DNA from: Promethearchaeota archaeon
Lineage (GTDB): Archaea > Asgardarchaeota > Lokiarchaeia > Sigyniarchaeales > SOKP01
Reading direction: 5' to 3'
Length of the DNA: 64,000 bases
Assembly (NCBI GenBank): GCA_019057795.1
Contig: JAHLWS010000067.1
Coordinates: forward strand, 1 to 64,000
Shown here: positions 61,798-64,000 of the stretch, piece by piece
Numbering within the stretch: the first letter of the stretch is position 1
Layout of the letters: the number at the start of each line of letters is the position of its first letter
Program-made: the position numbers and the translations under genes
The notes under the pieces: model-generated
Told to the model about the DNA's origin: nothing
Seen by the model: only the letters and a program-made list of their open reading frames with translations
Database searches by the model: none

Positions 61798-63690
61798 TTA
61801 CGCCAAATCAGAAGGCAAGATATCATCTTTACCGTATTTTTTCCATAATTTATTTAATTCTGATCTTTGTTTAGTATGAACTTCCCAGAAAAATCTTGGA
61901 ATATCTTTTTCTGCCTTATACATTTCTTCCATGCGATCCAATTTATCAAGCAATTTTTTGATTTTTAACTTAAATTGCTCTGTGTAATCTTCTTGAGAAT
62001 AATCTTTATCTAATTCTAATTTAAACAATGCTTTCAGATCTTTATATTTCGGAAGATATCCAATCGGTGTTTCAATCGCACCGAAGTCTCCTTGAGTACG
62101 GCCTTCCGCCCAAATAACCCATACTTTCTTATCCAACATGCCATTTAGATACTTACTTTCTTTATTTTTAAGAAAATAATTAGTAGAGAATACTTTTGGA
62201 CAATGTTTTAATTTCTTGCCAAATTTTTGGTGATTTTTTAAGTACTTTCCCAATGGCACAACTAGAAAATCTAAATTTGCCATTGGACTAGCTTTTCTAA
62301 CGCCTACCGCACCAAGAGTAGCTGAAGTTGTTTCAGATTCAATAGTTGCCCCCATAAAAATTCCATATTCCCAACTTAAGCTTTCAACAACAGGAGGCAT
62401 TGTATCCGAATCTCTACCACCATAGAGGATGCCGTGAATGGGTACGCCATTAGGGTCTTCTAATTTGGGATCGCAATTAGATAGGTCAGTAAGATTTATT
62501 GTATACCTGGCATTTGGATGGGCGAGAAGGATATTATTCCCATTTTCGTCAGTTTTTCCTTCAAACCAACTGCCAGAATAATTAAAGCCTTCTTTAGGGT
62601 GATCTTTTCCCATCCCAAGCCAATATGGTTTTCCGTCCTTTATGAGAACATTAGAATAAATTAATTCTCTTGGCGTTATAAGAGCTTCGTAAATTACGGG
62701 ATCGTCTTTAGGATTTACATCTTTTATAATTCCAAATATTCCCTTTTCTATATTAACAGCATGTGTATAACCATCTTCCCAGCTACGAAGGTATGCAATA
62801 TCGTCTCCAACAATTAGTTGTCCCGGAAGCATAGCTGTTGAAGTTTTTCCACAAGCACTTGGATAAGCCCCAGAAAAATAAGTAGTGCGATTTTTTCCTG
62901 TAGGACGAACCCCCAATATGAAATAATGTTCTGTAAGCCAATCTTCATTATTTGCCTTATTTATTGCTAATCGTAGAGCTAATTTCTTTAATCCTAAAGA
63001 GTTGCCTGCGTATTGATTGTTTACGGACAAAACCCGATCTTCTTGTAAATCTACATATATGCGACGTTTATTGAAATTTTTAGTAACTGGAGGATCTCCA
63101 TCGAGTTCACCGGCAGAATGGATGAAGTAAAAGAAGTCATCAGAACCATTAAGATCTTTGAATTCTTCGTAGCCGACACGATACAAAAGGTCTTCTGAAT
63201 GTGCGACATAAAACGAATCCGTGAGTTGTAGAGCTCCGATTGTAAATTTAGAATTTAGAGGACCAAGGCAGAAAAATCTTACAAGACATTCTTTTCCTTT
63301 CATACATCCATCCATAATTTCTAATACTTCTTTGAGTCCTTCATCCCTATCCATTGTATTTATCCAGGGACTCCTATATTCGCCTTTAGGAATTAGCACT
63401 TTAGTGTTTTCTTTATCTCTTGCTTGATCGTAAAAGCTATCGTAATGAATTGTATGTCCATTTATCTGAAGTTTAGTTTCTTCGTTGATGACGATGGCTT
63501 TTTGTCTCACATATTTGATATCTTCTTTAGAATCAGAAATTACTGTAACCTTACTAGGTTTACATAAGTCAACAAATTGCTTTATAATCTTTAACACGTG
63601 TTCATTCTTCAAATTAAACAATTTTTCGACGTCATCTTGAGATATTAAATCTCTGTCCGCAAAATTTACAAAATCTTTTGTAATGTCCAT
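61798..63690 (-). CDS. pckG: Phosphoenolpyruvate carboxykinase (GTP)
   Basis: YAGNSLGLKK, WLTEH, YPSACGKTS, VGDDIA, HPNARY, YGGRD, TPIG. Confidence 0.95.
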   Translation of the reverse strand: MDITKDFVNFADRDLISQDDVEKLFNLKNEHVLKIIKQFVDLCKPSKVTVISDSKEDIKYVRQKAIVINEETKLQINGHTIHYDSFYDQARDKENTKVLIPKGEYRSPWINTMDRDEGLKEVLEIMDGCMKGKECLVRFFCLGPLNSKFTIGALQLTDSFYVAHSEDLLYRVGYEEFKDLNGSDDFFYFIHSAGELDGDPPVTKNFNKRRIYVDLQEDRVLSVNNQYAGNSLGLKKLALRLAINKANNEDWLTEHYFILGVRPTGKNRTTYFSGAYPSACGKTSTAMLPGQLIVGDDIAYLRSWEDGYTHAVNIEKGIFGIIKDVNPKDDPVIYEALITPRELIYSNVLIKDGKPYWLGMGKDHPKEGFNYSGSWFEGKTDENGNNILLAHPNARYTINLTDLSNCDPKLEDPNGVPIHGILYGGRDSDTMPPVVESLSWEYGIFMGATIESETTSATLGAVGVRKASPMANLDFLVVPLGKYLKNHQKFGKKLKHCPKVFSTNYFLKNKESKYLNGMLDKKVWVIWAEGRTQGDFGAIETPIGYLPKYKDLKALFKLELDKDYSQEDYTEQFKLKIKKLLDKLDRMEEMYKAEKDIPRFFWEVHTKQRSELNKLWKKYGKDDILPSDLA

Positions 63691-63851
63691 CTTAATTCAT
63701 TTAAAAAATATTTTTAGTTTATGGATAAAAAAGTGAAATTTTTATTAAAAATCTTTTTGAAGTTAGTGAAAAATTGAAAAATTTTTAAATAATATTCTAA
63801 AATAAACGAAAAGAAGAAAAAAATTAAGAAAAAAATGAAGTAATTTACATT

Positions 63852-64000
63852 TTATAATCCAGGAAGTTTAGAGCCTTTAGCGCTGATAATTCTATCTACT
63901 CTTAAAATTAAATTTGCTAATTCACTTCCCGCTTTGATTACATGACTAATAAGAGCAGCGGGTTCAACTATCCCTTTTTCAAAATTATCTTCGATCTTAT
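63852..64000 (-). CDS. 3' end of a group II chaperonin (thermosome) subunit, cut by the window edge
   Basis: Minus strand KIEDNFEKGIVEPAALISHVIKAGSELANLILRVDRIISAKGSKLPGL* matches the GIVEP...E...ILRID pattern. Confidence 0.82.
   Translation of the reverse strand, partial: KIEDNFEKGIVEPAALISHVIKAGSELANLILRVDRIISAKGSKLPGL

Noticed and set aside
193-63427. Numerous 60-110 aa antisense or overlapping ORFs in the ORF track
   Set aside because: They lie inside well-supported genes and are shadow frames with no independent motifs.

Overview
AT-rich archaeal DNA, most likely a Lokiarchaeia (Asgard) genome. This is inferred from GGTGG/GGAG ribosome-binding sites, MglA/Ras-like small GTPases, a Loki-CTERM-like anchor, Cdc48, thermosome and HdrABC. 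Core content: DAP-pathway lysine genes (dapF-lysA, dapA-dapB), tRNA-Pro(TGG), a hsp20-cdc48-ArsR heat-shock operon, two metVF pairs (one in an hdrA::mvhD-hdrC-hdrB-metV-metF operon) and GTP-dependent PEPCK. The main discovery lies in about 4.4-30.8 kb. Three large, mutually unrelated PD-(D/E)xK nuclease genes with DNA-binding repeat arrays each sit between an intact core gene and an orphaned, ~50%-identical (where counted) copy of that gene's end: a dapB 3' end, and both the 3' and 5' ends of a polyferredoxin gene. This is the pattern expected of free-standing homing-endonuclease-like elements that insert into a conserved gene and repair it with a foreign gene end. One of these insertions also carries a defence island with a 1626-aa CHAT(caspase-like)-STAND NTPase-LRR protein, an NLR-like architecture, plus a DUF4062 protein. 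Several genes appear to start at ATT. All calls come from reading the sequence; no database searches were run.
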